The translations under genes and the position numbers were made by a program. Source: Chloroflexia bacterium (GTDB taxonomy: Bacteria > Chloroflexota > Chloroflexia > QHBQ01). From it: a stretch of 62,420 bases of DNA. The stretch is taken from contig JBBROH010000004.1 of NCBI GenBank assembly GCA_038229595.1, forward strand, positions 1-62,420. The letters run 5' to 3'. Positions within the stretch are counted from its first letter, which is position 1. Each line of letters begins with the position of its first letter. The notes below the pieces were generated by a model. It saw only the letters and a list, made by a program, of their open reading frames with translations, ran no database searches and was not told the DNA's origin. Below are positions 47,262 to 57,057 of the stretch, piece after piece.

Positions 47262-48275
47262 CTAGAGGTGCATCCCCTTAACCGTGTCCGCGACGGCGGC
47301 GACGTTCTTGGCGGGGCTACGCACGTCTATCGAGCAGTCGGCGGCGGCCAGCCAGCGCGGTTCGCCGTCGGCCTGGTCAAGATCGTGGACAAGCTGGGCG
47401 TGTAGCTGCTCTGGCGTACCCTCAAGCAGGGTAGTCAGGCCAACCCCGCCGATCAAGGCCTTGTCGGTCTTGCCCAGCATCGTCTGCAAATCGGGGTTGC
47501 CCGCCTCGTGCGCTGCCCAACTGAAGGCCCGCACTGGATAGTCGATCAGGTCGAGCAGCATATTGTTCGCCTTGCAGACGTGCAGCAGGTTGAACTCGGC
47601 CTCCTGCGCCGCCTTTAGTATCCTCATGTCGTAGGGGCGGCCAAACTCGGCGTACTGCTCCTTCGTCAGCCGGTCGTAGCTACCCCACTCGGTAGTCGCA
47701 AAGAAGATACCATCACAGAGGTTGATCGCCTCGGCCACGTACTGCTCAAAGGTGCGCGTAATCTGCTCCAACGCCGCGTGCAGTTGCTCTGGGGCTTCCT
47801 GCAAGTGCTGCTTGAACACAGCATCCGTCGCTACCAGGTCGGCGGCGACAGAGAGGGGCGAGAACACCGTCTGCACAAATAGCACCCGCTCATCACCCTT
47901 CAAAGCCCGCTTGAGCAGGTTGAGAGCCTGCAACTGCTCGCCCAGTGCGCCAGCGGTGGGGGACTGCTGGGTAATCTGCTGCCAGTCCTCCGCTTGCTGC
48001 ACTGGCAGGCTGAGGGTGGTGGGCTTGGTCACGCCGTCGCGGTGGTACTTGAAGCGCGCCCCCCAGGGTTCGATGTGATACTGCGCTCGTGGATTAACCT
48101 TCATGAAGTCCCAGCCATACTGCCGTTGCCAGCGCAGCATCGCAGCCACCAGTCCCTCGGCATCCTCCTCACTTTCATAAAAGTGCCGCCAGAGGCTAAC
48201 CGCTGGCCGGTCTACTGCCTCGTTCGCCAAAGCCGCCCGTACCCGCTCCAAACTGCTGATCGCTGCTACCATCAT
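47262..48275 (-). CDS. uroporphyrinogen decarboxylase (URO-D)-family protein
   Basis: ERVRAALANEAVDRPAVSLWRHF, QTVFSPLS, DGIFFAT, FGRPYD, LLHVC; RBS GAGGAGG. Confidence 0.85.
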   Translation of the reverse strand: MMVAAISSLERVRAALANEAVDRPAVSLWRHFYESEEDAEGLVAAMLRWQRQYGWDFMKVNPRAQYHIEPWGARFKYHRDGVTKPTTLSLPVQQAEDWQQITQQSPTAGALGEQLQALNLLKRALKGDERVLFVQTVFSPLSVAADLVATDAVFKQHLQEAPEQLHAALEQITRTFEQYVAEAINLCDGIFFATTEWGSYDRLTKEQYAEFGRPYDMRILKAAQEAEFNLLHVCKANNMLLDLIDYPVRAFSWAAHEAGNPDLQTMLGKTDKALIGGVGLTTLLEGTPEQLHAQLVHDLDQADGEPRWLAAADCSIDVRSPAKNVAAVADTVKGMHL

Positions 48276-48451
48276 TGCCCTCCTCACTGACAAACCGCCA
48301 CGCCAATATATGCGTTGAGCGATCCGCTTGCAATGTTCGTACCCCAGTCGGATTGCCCTACCATGATTATAGCTAGCCAGGTCGGGAACTGTCAATCGGG
48401 GGCGGTTTTGGTTAGAGCGGTGTGAGATTGGTAGATTGAGGGGCCACAAAG

Positions 48452-48480
48452 TTGACACCTGCCCCCCAGCCTGCTATAAT
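48452..48480 (+). promoter_or_regulatory. sigma70 promoter about 520 bp upstream of potA
   Basis: TTGACA-17bp-TATAAT with an extended -10 TG. Confidence 0.8.
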
Positions 48481-48494
48481 GTATGTTGCTTGCC

Positions 48495-48704
48495 ATGTTA
48501 TTTGGCGGGCGCAAACATCTCTCTACAACAGAAACAACGGTAACGAACGTGACATACGTGAACCAGCAAATTGAATGGAACGTCTACGAGCCGGTCGTCT
48601 ACAAGATAGACAACCTGCGGAACGAGGCTACCCTGAAGATCAACGCCGACATCTACGGGCGAGTGGTCGAGCTGGTATGTCGTGGTGGCTGTGGCTTTGG
48701 TTAG
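48495..48704 (+). CDS. small hypothetical protein / candidate leader peptide
   Basis: open frame directly after a consensus promoter, with genome-like codons in its 3' half; ends VELVCRGGCGFG; start uncertain. Confidence 0.45.
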   Translation: MLFGGRKHLSTTETTVTNVTYVNQQIEWNVYEPVVYKIDNLRNEATLKINADIYGRVVELVCRGGCGFG

Positions 48705-48999
48705 CTTGCTGAATGCAGACGGCGGTTGGCGAACGGGCCAACCAAAGGGCAACAGCGGAGGTCTTCCTGTTTATGTTTAATCTAAAACTAGCAATTATCT
48801 ACAACCCCCAGTTGGCGAAGGCTGGCTGAGTTAGCCACCAGGCTAGCTTTGCTGCACCGTGCGGCAGGGATCAGTAGTGCGAAGATAGAGCAAACCCAGG
48901 GAAACAAACTAACCAACGGCCAGCGTTCAGAGGCGATTTCAGCCAGCCTCTCTGAACCTGGTCTTTAGTTTTGCCTTTTTTAGGGTGATTTTGGAGGTT

Positions 49000-50214
49000 A
49001 TGCGAGTGAACAAGAGTACTGAGGGTGCCGTAAGCAGCGTCGAACTGGTTGGCATCAGCAAGAAGTTTGGCGACAGCTTTGCGGTAGACAACATCAGCCT
49101 GAGCATCCGTGAGGGCGAGTTCTTCAGCCTGCTGGGGCCGAGCGGCTGTGGCAAGACAACTACCCTGCGGATGATCGCGGGCTTTGAGCAACCGACCAGC
49201 GGCCAACTCTACATCGCGGGCCAGCCAGTCGCGGGCGTACCGGCCTTCCGCCGCAACGTCAACACCGTCTTCCAGAACTACGCCCTCTTTCCCCACATGA
49301 ACGTGGCCGACAACGTAGCCTTTGGCCTGGAAGCCACCCATGCCGCCAGCAAGACTGAGATCGCCAGCCGCGTGCAGGACGCGCTCGACCTGGTGCGCCT
49401 GGGCAACTACGGCAAGCGTCGCCCGCGCCAGCTATCTGGCGGCCAACAACAGCGGGTTGCCCTCGCCCGCGCCCTCGTCAACCGCCCTGCAGTGCTGCTG
49501 CTCGACGAACCGCTGGGTGCGCTAGACCAGAAGCTCCGCAAGGAGATGCAAATCGAACTGAAGCACTTGCAGAGTCAGGTGGGTATCACCTTCATCTTCG
49601 TCACCCACGACCAGGAAGAAGCCCTGACCATGAGCGACCGCATCGCGGTAATGTCCAACGGCAAGGTGTTGCAGGTGGACTCACCGGCTGCGATCTATGA
49701 GCGGCCAAACTGCAAGTTTGTGGCTGACTTCATCGGCCAGAGCAACTTCTTCGCTGGGCGCGTAACCGGGATCGATAGCGACTCGGTGACAGTGGCGGTT
49801 GGCGGCAGCGACGGTGGCAGCTTCGCAGTGCAGGCTCCACGCACCAACGGGGTGCAGGCCGGGCAAGAGGTGACGGTCGCAGTGCGGCCAGAGAAGATCG
49901 GCCTGCGCCGGGTGGTGGGCAGCGATGCAATCCACAGCAACGGCCTCAACCGCACCCCTGGGCGCATCCAGCGGGTGATCTACATGGGGACTTCGACCCA
50001 GTACGTGGTGGACATCCCCGGTGGCAGCACCCTGACGGTGGAGCGGCAGAACAGCGGCATCGCTGAACCGAACCTCCCCCGCTTTGCGCGCAACACGCAG
50101 GGGATTGACCTGCCTGGGGACAGCGGCCTGGTGGAACACGAGGAAGTACTCCTCGAATGGTCGCCCGCAGTTACGCTCCTATTGGACAAGTTACGTTGCC
50201 ACTTGAGGCAGTGA
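49000..50214 (+). CDS. potA: polyamine ABC transporter ATP-binding protein
   Basis: [40 protein letters not shown] domain. Confidence 0.9.
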   Translation: MRVNKSTEGAVSSVELVGISKKFGDSFAVDNISLSIREGEFFSLLGPSGCGKTTTLRMIAGFEQPTSGQLYIAGQPVAGVPAFRRNVNTVFQNYALFPHMNVADNVAFGLEATHAASKTEIASRVQDALDLVRLGNYGKRRPRQLSGGQQQRVALARALVNRPAVLLLDEPLGALDQKLRKEMQIELKHLQSQVGITFIFVTHDQEEALTMSDRIAVMSNGKVLQVDSPAAIYERPNCKFVADFIGQSNFFAGRVTGIDSDSVTVAVGGSDGGSFAVQAPRTNGVQAGQEVTVAVRPEKIGLRRVVGSDAIHSNGLNRTPGRIQRVIYMGTSTQYVVDIPGGSTLTVERQNSGIAEPNLPRFARNTQGIDLPGDSGLVEHEEVLLEWSPAVTLLLDKLRCHLRQ

Positions 50215-50225
50215 GGGATTAGAGA

Positions 50226-51155
50226 TTGAAGCAATTGGATATCAAGGAAAATAGAGGGCTGGCCGCCTGGGTGCGGCGCAGGCCAGGGGTGCAGGCAGCG
50301 GGGTTGCTGCTGCCGGGGCTGATTGCCTTTGGCCTTTTCTTCGTCATCCCCCTGTTGATCGTGGTTGGGGTCAGCTTCACGGCCAAGAAGGCGGGGACGG
50401 TTGACTGGACGCATTGGACGCTGAACAACTATGTCAGCTTGGTGACGAACTTCGCGGGCGACTTCGACCCGCTCTACCTCAACATCTTCCTTCGCTCGCT
50501 CTGGTTCGCCTTGCTAACCACAGTAATCTGCCTGCTGGTTGGCTACCCCCTGGCCTACTTCATCGCCCGTCGCGGCGAAAAGTGGCGCGCCGCCTTGATC
50601 TTGCTGATCATGATCCCCTTCTGGACTAACTTCCTGGTGCGAACTTACGCCCTGCAACTGATCTTCCGCAAAGAAGGGCTGCTCAACAGTCTGCTGCTGG
50701 ACGGCCATATCATTAAGCAACCGCTGGACATGATGTTTACCCCTGGGCTGGTGCTGTTCGGCCTGGTCTACGGCTACCTGCCCTTCATGGTGCTACCGCT
50801 CTACGCCAGCATTGAGAAGTTCGACTTCAGCCTGCTGGAAGCGGCTCAAGACCTCGGTGCGGGGACGTTCCGTACCCTGCGTAAGGTGCTACTGCCTCTC
50901 ACCATGCCAGGGGTGGTCGCGGGTAGCATCCTGGTCTTCATCCCGGTGGTCGGCAGCTATGTGACTAGCGACCTGCTGGGCGCGCAGTCCAGTGGTACGC
51001 TGATGGTTGGCAACACGATTGAGAACCAGTTCCTCAAATCGCAGAACTGGCCGCTCGGCTCGGCAATGTCGCTGGTGCTGATGGCGGTGGTACTGCTGGC
51101 AATCATCATCTACTTCCGCGTGGCGCGGGGTGACAAGGAGGGGGCAGCACTTTGA
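50226..51155 (+). CDS. potB: polyamine ABC transporter permease
   Basis: PFWTNFLVRTYA, YLPFMVLPLY, EAAQDLGA, NWPLGSA. Confidence 0.88.
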   Translation: MKQLDIKENRGLAAWVRRRPGVQAAGLLLPGLIAFGLFFVIPLLIVVGVSFTAKKAGTVDWTHWTLNNYVSLVTNFAGDFDPLYLNIFLRSLWFALLTTVICLLVGYPLAYFIARRGEKWRAALILLIMIPFWTNFLVRTYALQLIFRKEGLLNSLLLDGHIIKQPLDMMFTPGLVLFGLVYGYLPFMVLPLYASIEKFDFSLLEAAQDLGAGTFRTLRKVLLPLTMPGVVAGSILVFIPVVGSYVTSDLLGAQSSGTLMVGNTIENQFLKSQNWPLGSAMSLVLMAVVLLAIIIYFRVARGDKEGAAL

Positions 51156-52078
51156 GCGCAATCAATTACAACGACAAGCCAGGCCAGATGAACGCTGCGA
51201 TTGTGGCGAAGGAGCAGGCAGCCGGTCATGCCCAGGCAGGCAGTGCGGCGCAAGCTATCAGCCGTCCCCCTGCGCGCCTCGCCCTACCCGCCTGGTTGGG
51301 CAACCTGCTACTCAAGAGCAACGCCCTGGTTGTTTTCCTCGTCCTCTACCTGCCAGTCGTGATCTTGATCGTCTTCAGCTTCAACTCCGCCCGCAGCGGG
51401 GTGAACTGGACGGGCTTCAGCCTGGACTGGTACAACAAGTTGCTGCACGACGGCAACATCGGCTCGGCGGCGATTAAGACGCTGATCGTGGCTGGCTTTG
51501 CAACCGTGATCTCGACGATCATCGGCACTATGACCGCCCTCGCGTTGGAGCGGCACAAGTTTGTGGGCAAGGTGGTGTTTGAGGGGGTAATGTACCTGCC
51601 GATCATCATCCCAGAGATCGTGATGGGCCTCTCGCTGCTGCTGTTCTTCCGCGCTGTTGGCGTAGATCTGAGCCTAGTGACGGTAATCATCGCCCACGTC
51701 GTCTTCTGCATCCCCTTCGTCGCGGTGATCGTGCGGGCGCGCCTGGCCGACTTCGACCGCCGCCTGGAGGAGGCTGCCATGGACCTGGGGGCCGATGAAC
51801 TAGCCACCTTCCGCAAGGTGACGCTACCACTGCTGATGCCTGCGATCATTGGCGGGGCAGTGATGGCCTTCACCCTCTCAATTGACGACGTGATCGTGAC
51901 CCAGTTCACCGCTGGGGTCGGCTCGACCACCCTACCGCTCTACATCTACTCGCAGGTGCGCGTGGGGATCACCCCAGTAATCAATGCCCTCTCGACGATC
52001 ATGCTGGTCGCCAGCATCGGCTTGGTGCTGACCTCGCTGTTCCTCCAGCGCGACCCAGCGGGCAAGAAGGCGAAGTAA
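51152..52078 (+). CDS. potC: polyamine ABC transporter permease
   Basis: LYLPVVILIVFSFN, PEIVMG, EEAAMDLGA, FTLSIDD, TLPLYIYS, PVINAL. Confidence 0.88.
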   Translation: MSAINYNDKPGQMNAAIVAKEQAAGHAQAGSAAQAISRPPARLALPAWLGNLLLKSNALVVFLVLYLPVVILIVFSFNSARSGVNWTGFSLDWYNKLLHDGNIGSAAIKTLIVAGFATVISTIIGTMTALALERHKFVGKVVFEGVMYLPIIIPEIVMGLSLLLFFRAVGVDLSLVTVIIAHVVFCIPFVAVIVRARLADFDRRLEEAAMDLGADELATFRKVTLPLLMPAIIGGAVMAFTLSIDDVIVTQFTAGVGSTTLPLYIYSQVRVGITPVINALSTIMLVASIGLVLTSLFLQRDPAGKKAK

Positions 52079-52106
52079 AGCGAAGCACAGCAGCAAAGCA
52101 AACAGG

Positions 52107-52139
52107 AAGCCCGCTGAGTAATCGGCGGGCTTGCTTGTT
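52107..52139. terminator. hairpin between convergent potC and ybaB
   Basis: AAGCCCGCTGA-GTAA-TCGGCGGGCTT. Confidence 0.65.
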
Positions 52140-52177
52140 AGAACTAGCTACCACCCCTGGTGAGCCAGACGATTAGC

Positions 52178-52495
52178 TTAGAAGCCCATCCCTGGCAGGC
52201 CCATGCCCCCAGTGACTCCGCCCATGCGCTGCTCGGCGAGAGCGGCTGCCTTCTCCATCGCCTCGTTGAAGGCTAGCATGATCAGGTCTTGCAGGGTCTC
52301 CACGTCCTCTGGGTCTACTGCCTCCTTGCTGATCGTGATGGTTTTCAGTTCCTTGAGGCCAGTCATCTGTACGACGACTGCGCTGCCACCGGCTGAACCC
52401 TCGACCAGCTCCTGGCCTAGCTTCTCCTGCTCCTTCGCCAACTGCTTCTGCATCTGCTGAACCTGGCGCATCATCTTGTTCATGTCCATACTCAT
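52178..52495 (-). CDS. ybaB: YbaB/EbfC nucleoid-associated protein
   Basis: MNKMMRQVQQMQ, GSAGG, VDPEDVETLQDLI; lies downstream of dnaX. Confidence 0.93.
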   Translation of the reverse strand: MSMDMNKMMRQVQQMQKQLAKEQEKLGQELVEGSAGGSAVVVQMTGLKELKTITISKEAVDPEDVETLQDLIMLAFNEAMEKAAALAEQRMGGVTGGMGLPGMGF

Positions 52496-52511
52496 CTCGT
52501 TCGCTCCTCTC

Positions 52512-54284
52512 TTACTGTTCCTTAACGTCGGTGATTGTGCCATTAAAGATACTAACTACTGCGCGCACGCGCACGTCCTGCCTGGCTGCTTGCGCCCGCT
52601 CGCTCAGCGTGGCGCGGCGGGCGGGGGCGGCCTGGCCCTCCAACAACTGACAGATCACCTGCCAGTCGCCACCCACCACCTTGCCGATCAGTTGCTCGAT
52701 CAACAGGCGGTTGGTCGGGTCGTTGGTTTTGCTATAGTGGAAGGGGTACTTGCAGCCCAGCACCACCGTGCTGCCTTCGATGCTGATCGGGTAGACATCC
52801 AGCAGAACCCCCTTGAGCATCTTGTTGTGAACCTCCATTGCGCTGACGATGCGCGGCCAGGCGGCGGTCATCTGCTCCAAACTGATGCTACCATCGCTGG
52901 TGGTCTCAGCGGCCTCCGCTGCTGCAACTGGCTCCGCTACCGCCACCGGCTCAACACGCAGGGGCGGCTCTGGGCGGGCGGGTAGCTTGACCTGGACTAC
53001 AGCAGCCGGTTGGCTGGCTGCTTGGTCGGGCTGCGGCTCCACGGCTGGACGCAGCAAGCGTGGGGGCTGCTGGTTGCCAACAGGCGGTTGGGGGCGGCTG
53101 GCGGGTAGGGGCTGGGGGCCACTAGGGCGTGGCTGCTCAACGCGCTGCTCCGCTCCCGCCAGCGTTGCTTCAACGAAGGCCACCTCTAGCGGCAACTGGC
53201 CGTAGGGGGTAGAGCGCAGCAGGCTGTCAGCTGCGCTGAAGGTCTTAACCCAGCCCACGATCTGGCCGAGGTTGGCGGCCTCCGCTTGCCCGTGCAGGCG
53301 GCCTAGCGTCTCTTGGGTTACGTCGAGAGTGGGCAGCGACGCGCCGCCCGCTTTGAGCAACATCAGATTCCGTAGGTGGTCAACCAGTTGGCGGTTGAAC
53401 TGGCGCAGGTCTACGCCATCCTCCTGCATTGCGCTGATCTGGCCCAGGCCCGCCCCCAACTCGCCCGCCAGCAGGTTGTCCACAAAGGCGGCCACCCGCT
53501 CGCCACCAGTTGCCCCCAGCATATCTTGGGCGGCAGCCAGCGTCACCTGCGTGCCATTGTAGGCGACGAGTTGATCAAGCAGACTGAGAGCATCACGCAT
53601 ACTACCCGTCGCGGTGCGGCAGAGCAGTTCGAGGGCGGCAGGTTCGGCCACGATCCCTTCTTCGGCGCAGACGTGGGTGGCGCGGGCTACCATATCGCCC
53701 AGCGGCACCCGCCGAAAGTCGTAGCGTTGGCAGCGCGAGAGGACGGTAGCCGGTATCTTGTGAACCTCAGTCGTCGCCAGAATGAAGATGGCGTGTTCGG
53801 GCGGCTCCTCCAACGTCTTGAGCAACGCGTTGAAGGCGGCAGTGGAGAGCATATGCACCTCGTCAATGATGTAGACGCGGTACTTGAATAGGCTGGGCGA
53901 GAAGTTCACGCCGTCGCGCAGGACGCGCACATCGTCCACGCCAGTGTTGCTGGCCGCGTCGATCTCCACCAGGTCGATTGCATTGCCAGCGGCCACCGCC
54001 TGACAGTTGGCGCATTGGCCGCAGGGAACCGGCTGGCCCGCCACTACCGCTTCGGCACTGTAGCGTAGACAGTTAACCGCCTTCGCCAGCAGTCGGGCGG
54101 TCGAGGTCTTGCCCGTACCACGTGGCCCCGTGAACAGGTAGGCGTGGGCGAGGCGGCCCGTCGCCAGTGCGTTCTGCAAGGTACGCACCACGTGTTCCTG
54201 GCCCACCAGTTCGTCGAACGTCTGCGAACGCCACTTGCGGTAGAGCGACTGACCCTGTTGATTGTTGCTGGCTATGTTGTCCAT
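52512..54284 (-). CDS. dnaX: DNA polymerase III subunit gamma/tau
   Basis: LYRKWR, GPRGTGKTS, EIDAASN, IDEVHML, KTLEEPP, SRCQ, GSMRDA. Confidence 0.97.
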   Translation of the reverse strand: MDNIASNNQQGQSLYRKWRSQTFDELVGQEHVVRTLQNALATGRLAHAYLFTGPRGTGKTSTARLLAKAVNCLRYSAEAVVAGQPVPCGQCANCQAVAAGNAIDLVEIDAASNTGVDDVRVLRDGVNFSPSLFKYRVYIIDEVHMLSTAAFNALLKTLEEPPEHAIFILATTEVHKIPATVLSRCQRYDFRRVPLGDMVARATHVCAEEGIVAEPAALELLCRTATGSMRDALSLLDQLVAYNGTQVTLAAAQDMLGATGGERVAAFVDNLLAGELGAGLGQISAMQEDGVDLRQFNRQLVDHLRNLMLLKAGGASLPTLDVTQETLGRLHGQAEAANLGQIVGWVKTFSAADSLLRSTPYGQLPLEVAFVEATLAGAEQRVEQPRPSGPQPLPASRPQPPVGNQQPPRLLRPAVEPQPDQAASQPAAVVQVKLPARPEPPLRVEPVAVAEPVAAAEAAETTSDGSISLEQMTAAWPRIVSAMEVHNKMLKGVLLDVYPISIEGSTVVLGCKYPFHYSKTNDPTNRLLIEQLIGKVVGGDWQVICQLLEGQAAPARRATLSERAQAARQDVRVRAVVSIFNGTITDVKEQ

Positions 54285-54471
54285 GCTACCCTTCATCCTC
54301 TATGGGCTGGTGCAGCCTTGCGCCCCGCCGCTTGCTGCCCTATTATACAGCAACATCCCCCTGGATGCCACTTGCAGACGGTTAGATTCGGTGCTAAACT
54401 GCTGGCATAAACCCCCAGCCAGTGAGCGGCAAAGAAAAGCGACCAAAGAAAAGGATGCTTAGAAGGAGACG

Positions 54472-54732
54472 GTGGAGATGCAGAACCAGGAGCAAGAGCA
54501 AGAGATCGCCCGCCTGACCGCTGAGGTTGCGGCCCAGCCAACTGCTGCGCTCTACACCCAGCGCGGCAAGCTGCTTGCCAGCCTCAAGCGGTATGATGAG
54601 GCGATCACCGACTATAGCCGCGCAATAGAGCTTGACCCCAACCACACCCGCGCCTATACCGGTCGCGCCAACGCCTACACCGCGACAGGCCGCTTCATGG
54701 AGGCACTGGCCGACGTGAACAAGGTCCTGTGA
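54472..54732 (+). CDS. small TPR protein
   Basis: YTQRG..YDEAITDYSRAIELDP..AYTGRA. Confidence 0.85.
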   Translation: MEMQNQEQEQEIARLTAEVAAQPTAALYTQRGKLLASLKRYDEAITDYSRAIELDPNHTRAYTGRANAYTATGRFMEALADVNKVL

Positions 54733-54751
54733 CCCACCAATGGCACAAAGA

Positions 54752-54784
54752 GAGGGGCGGTTGCCAGTTGGCAGCCGCCCCTTC
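54752..54784. terminator. hairpin between convergent genes
   Basis: AGGGGCGGTTGCCA/TGGCAGCCGCCCCT. Confidence 0.65.
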
Positions 54785-54819
54785 GCTATCTACCGGCGAA
54801 GCCGCTGGTATGTTCTGCT

Positions 54820-57057
54820 TTACGGGGTCTGCAACTTGTTGGCCTGGCTCTCAGCGTCGCGGAGGGCATCCGTCACGCTGCGAGTACCCTTGATCGCTAC
54901 AGTCATCGCGTTAGAGATGATGTCGCGCACCTGCTGGTAGCTGCCCAACTTCGGCTCGCTGCGGGTGGCGAACGGTAGCACGTTGAGGTTGCTCTTGGCC
55001 TTCGCGTCCTTGTCGTAGACCGACTTCAGCGGATCGAGCGTGGTTGCGCTCTTGCGTACTGGGAAGTAGCCGCTGACCGAGGCCCAGCGAGCGGACTGCT
55101 GCCCTTCGAGGAACCACTTGACGAACTGCCACGAAGCGGCCTGCTTGGCCTCTGTGGTCTTGTACATGATGATATTGCCGCCGTAGAGGGTGGTGCCAGG
55201 CTGCACACCAGCGGCCTGCGGCATCACAGCAGCGAACCAGTTGAAGTCGTAGGCCGGGTCAACCTTGCCGTCTGCACCCTTCGGGTAGTAGCTCTTGATG
55301 AAGCTGTAGGCCGTGCTGCTGCGGAACAGGAAGGCGACCTTCTTGTTGGCGAAGTCGATCTCGTCCTGGAACGAGTTGACCTCAACCTGGTTGAAGTAAC
55401 CGCCGCGCACGCCGTCTACCAGCAGTTGCAAGGCCTTCTGTGCGCCCGCGTTGTTGAAGTTGTACTTCTTGTTGTCCGCCGTCGTGACCGTGCCACCGAA
55501 GGCGTAGATCATCGCTACGTACATCGAAGTCTCGTTCTCGAACTCAAAGCCGCTGTATTCCTCACCGAGAGCCGCAACCTTCTTGGAGATGCTCACGAAC
55601 TCCTCCCAGGTCTTGGGTGGGCCGCTGGCACCAACCTGCTTGAGCAGGTCTTCGTTGTACCACATGGTCAGAGCCGACTTGGTGAAGGGCAGGCTGTAGA
55701 ACTTGTTGTCGTACTGGGCGTACTTGTTGGTCTCGATGAAGTTCGGGTAAATGTCCGTGAGGTCGGCCTGGCTGAAGCCGTCCGCGCCATTTAGGTAGCT
55801 GTCGAAGGGTACAACGGCATCGGCATCGTAGAGCGAGGGAATCCAGTTCTCGTAACCGACGGTCAGTTCGGGCAGTGCGTTGGCGACCGCAGCGGCCTGC
55901 ACAGCGGTGAGCAACTGCGAGTAGTTGCCCTTGTACTCTGGGATGACCTGGATGTTGGGGTGCGACTTGTTAAAGTCCACTGCCATTGCGGTCAGTTCAG
56001 CCGCGTTGGTGCGGGTCTGGGTGTGCCAGAAGTGGACGATGGTGGCGTTGGGGGCGGCGGTGAAGGTCGGGGCTGGGGTCGCAGTAGCAGCGGGTGGACC
56101 AGCCGGGGTAGGAGTGCTAGCCTTCGGCGTGGCGGTCGGCGGCACGCCCTGACCCTTGTAACGCCAGTCGTAGTAGTGCTGGCCGATATTGCCAACCTGC
56201 ACCTTGAAGCCTTCGGGGGCAGAGGGAACGTAGGTGAGGACGCGCCGCTCGAAAGCCTGGATCAGCACGTCGGTGTTGGCCTGACCCGCGATCCTGACCT
56301 TCGCCCAGTACGGCTCGCTGATCGGCAGGCCGCTGGCGTAGTTCCAGGGGTCGCTCAGTTGCACGTCCTGCTTGGTCGCGCCATTCTCTACGATAGGACC
56401 CTTGCTGTTGAGGAACGTCCAGAAGGCCGCCGGGATGTTGTGGCGGGTGGTCTCGTCGAAGTGGACGTACTTGCCCAGGGCATCGCTGCTCTTGGTCGCG
56501 TCAATACCGGTGCGGCCATCCTTGCGGATCGTGGTGATTGCGTTGTCGCCGGTGTTGTCGCTGACCTGGCCGAGCAGGTTCTTGAAGCTGGCGTAGGTCG
56601 GGGCAGCCTTGTCGTCGCTGTCCGAAGCCAACGGGATGTCGGCGGCCTGCTTGTCCATGAACTTGTCGTTGCCAACCTGCATCCGACCGGAGATCAGTTC
56701 CTGGGTCAGCAACCCGTTGGTGACATAGAACTTGCTGTTCTTGTCGCCCTTCGGGTCGTTGAGTTCCATGCGGCTCTTGTCGAAGTACTGCACCAGCCGC
56801 TTGCCGCTGCCGTCCTTGGCCTCGGCGTAATCTTCCTGAAGTGCGCCGCTGCTTGGGGTCGGCCCCCAGTACCAACTGCGCTTAACCGCGCCGCTGGCAA
56901 CCAGGCTGTCGGTGCGGTTCCAGGTGGTCTGGAACGCGGGGTCGGCAAAGCCGTTGGCGGTGACGGTCTGCGCCTGGGCAGGCCGCAGCTGGATCAGGCC
57001 CGCGAAGACCATGACCAGCATGGCGGCGGCCATAAAGATAGAACCAAACTTCTTCAC
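54820..57057 (-). CDS. CUT1/UgpB-like ABC substrate-binding protein fused to an N-terminal cell-surface domain
   Basis: signal peptide without a lipobox; same N-domain as 30185-32017; SBP region IVHFWH..DFNKSHPNI..YSLPF..PPKTWEE..SGYFPVRKS; GTG start after AAGGAGG. Confidence 0.88.
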   Translation of the reverse strand: MKKFGSIFMAAAMLVMVFAGLIQLRPAQAQTVTANGFADPAFQTTWNRTDSLVASGAVKRSWYWGPTPSSGALQEDYAEAKDGSGKRLVQYFDKSRMELNDPKGDKNSKFYVTNGLLTQELISGRMQVGNDKFMDKQAADIPLASDSDDKAAPTYASFKNLLGQVSDNTGDNAITTIRKDGRTGIDATKSSDALGKYVHFDETTRHNIPAAFWTFLNSKGPIVENGATKQDVQLSDPWNYASGLPISEPYWAKVRIAGQANTDVLIQAFERRVLTYVPSAPEGFKVQVGNIGQHYYDWRYKGQGVPPTATPKASTPTPAGPPAATATPAPTFTAAPNATIVHFWHTQTRTNAAELTAMAVDFNKSHPNIQVIPEYKGNYSQLLTAVQAAAVANALPELTVGYENWIPSLYDADAVVPFDSYLNGADGFSQADLTDIYPNFIETNKYAQYDNKFYSLPFTKSALTMWYNEDLLKQVGASGPPKTWEEFVSISKKVAALGEEYSGFEFENETSMYVAMIYAFGGTVTTADNKKYNFNNAGAQKALQLLVDGVRGGYFNQVEVNSFQDEIDFANKKVAFLFRSSTAYSFIKSYYPKGADGKVDPAYDFNWFAAVMPQAAGVQPGTTLYGGNIIMYKTTEAKQAASWQFVKWFLEGQQSARWASVSGYFPVRKSATTLDPLKSVYDKDAKAKSNLNVLPFATRSEPKLGSYQQVRDIISNAMTVAIKGTRSVTDALRDAESQANKLQTP

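Noticed and set aside
47262-48275. Assigning hemE
   Set aside because: It lacks the canonical W(L/F)MRQAGR motif and has no haem genes nearby; family-level call only.
54290-54470. SRP RNA or tRNA upstream of dnaX, a common arrangement
   Set aside because: No SRP domain-IV motif or cloverleaf was recognised; the region looks like divergent promoters.
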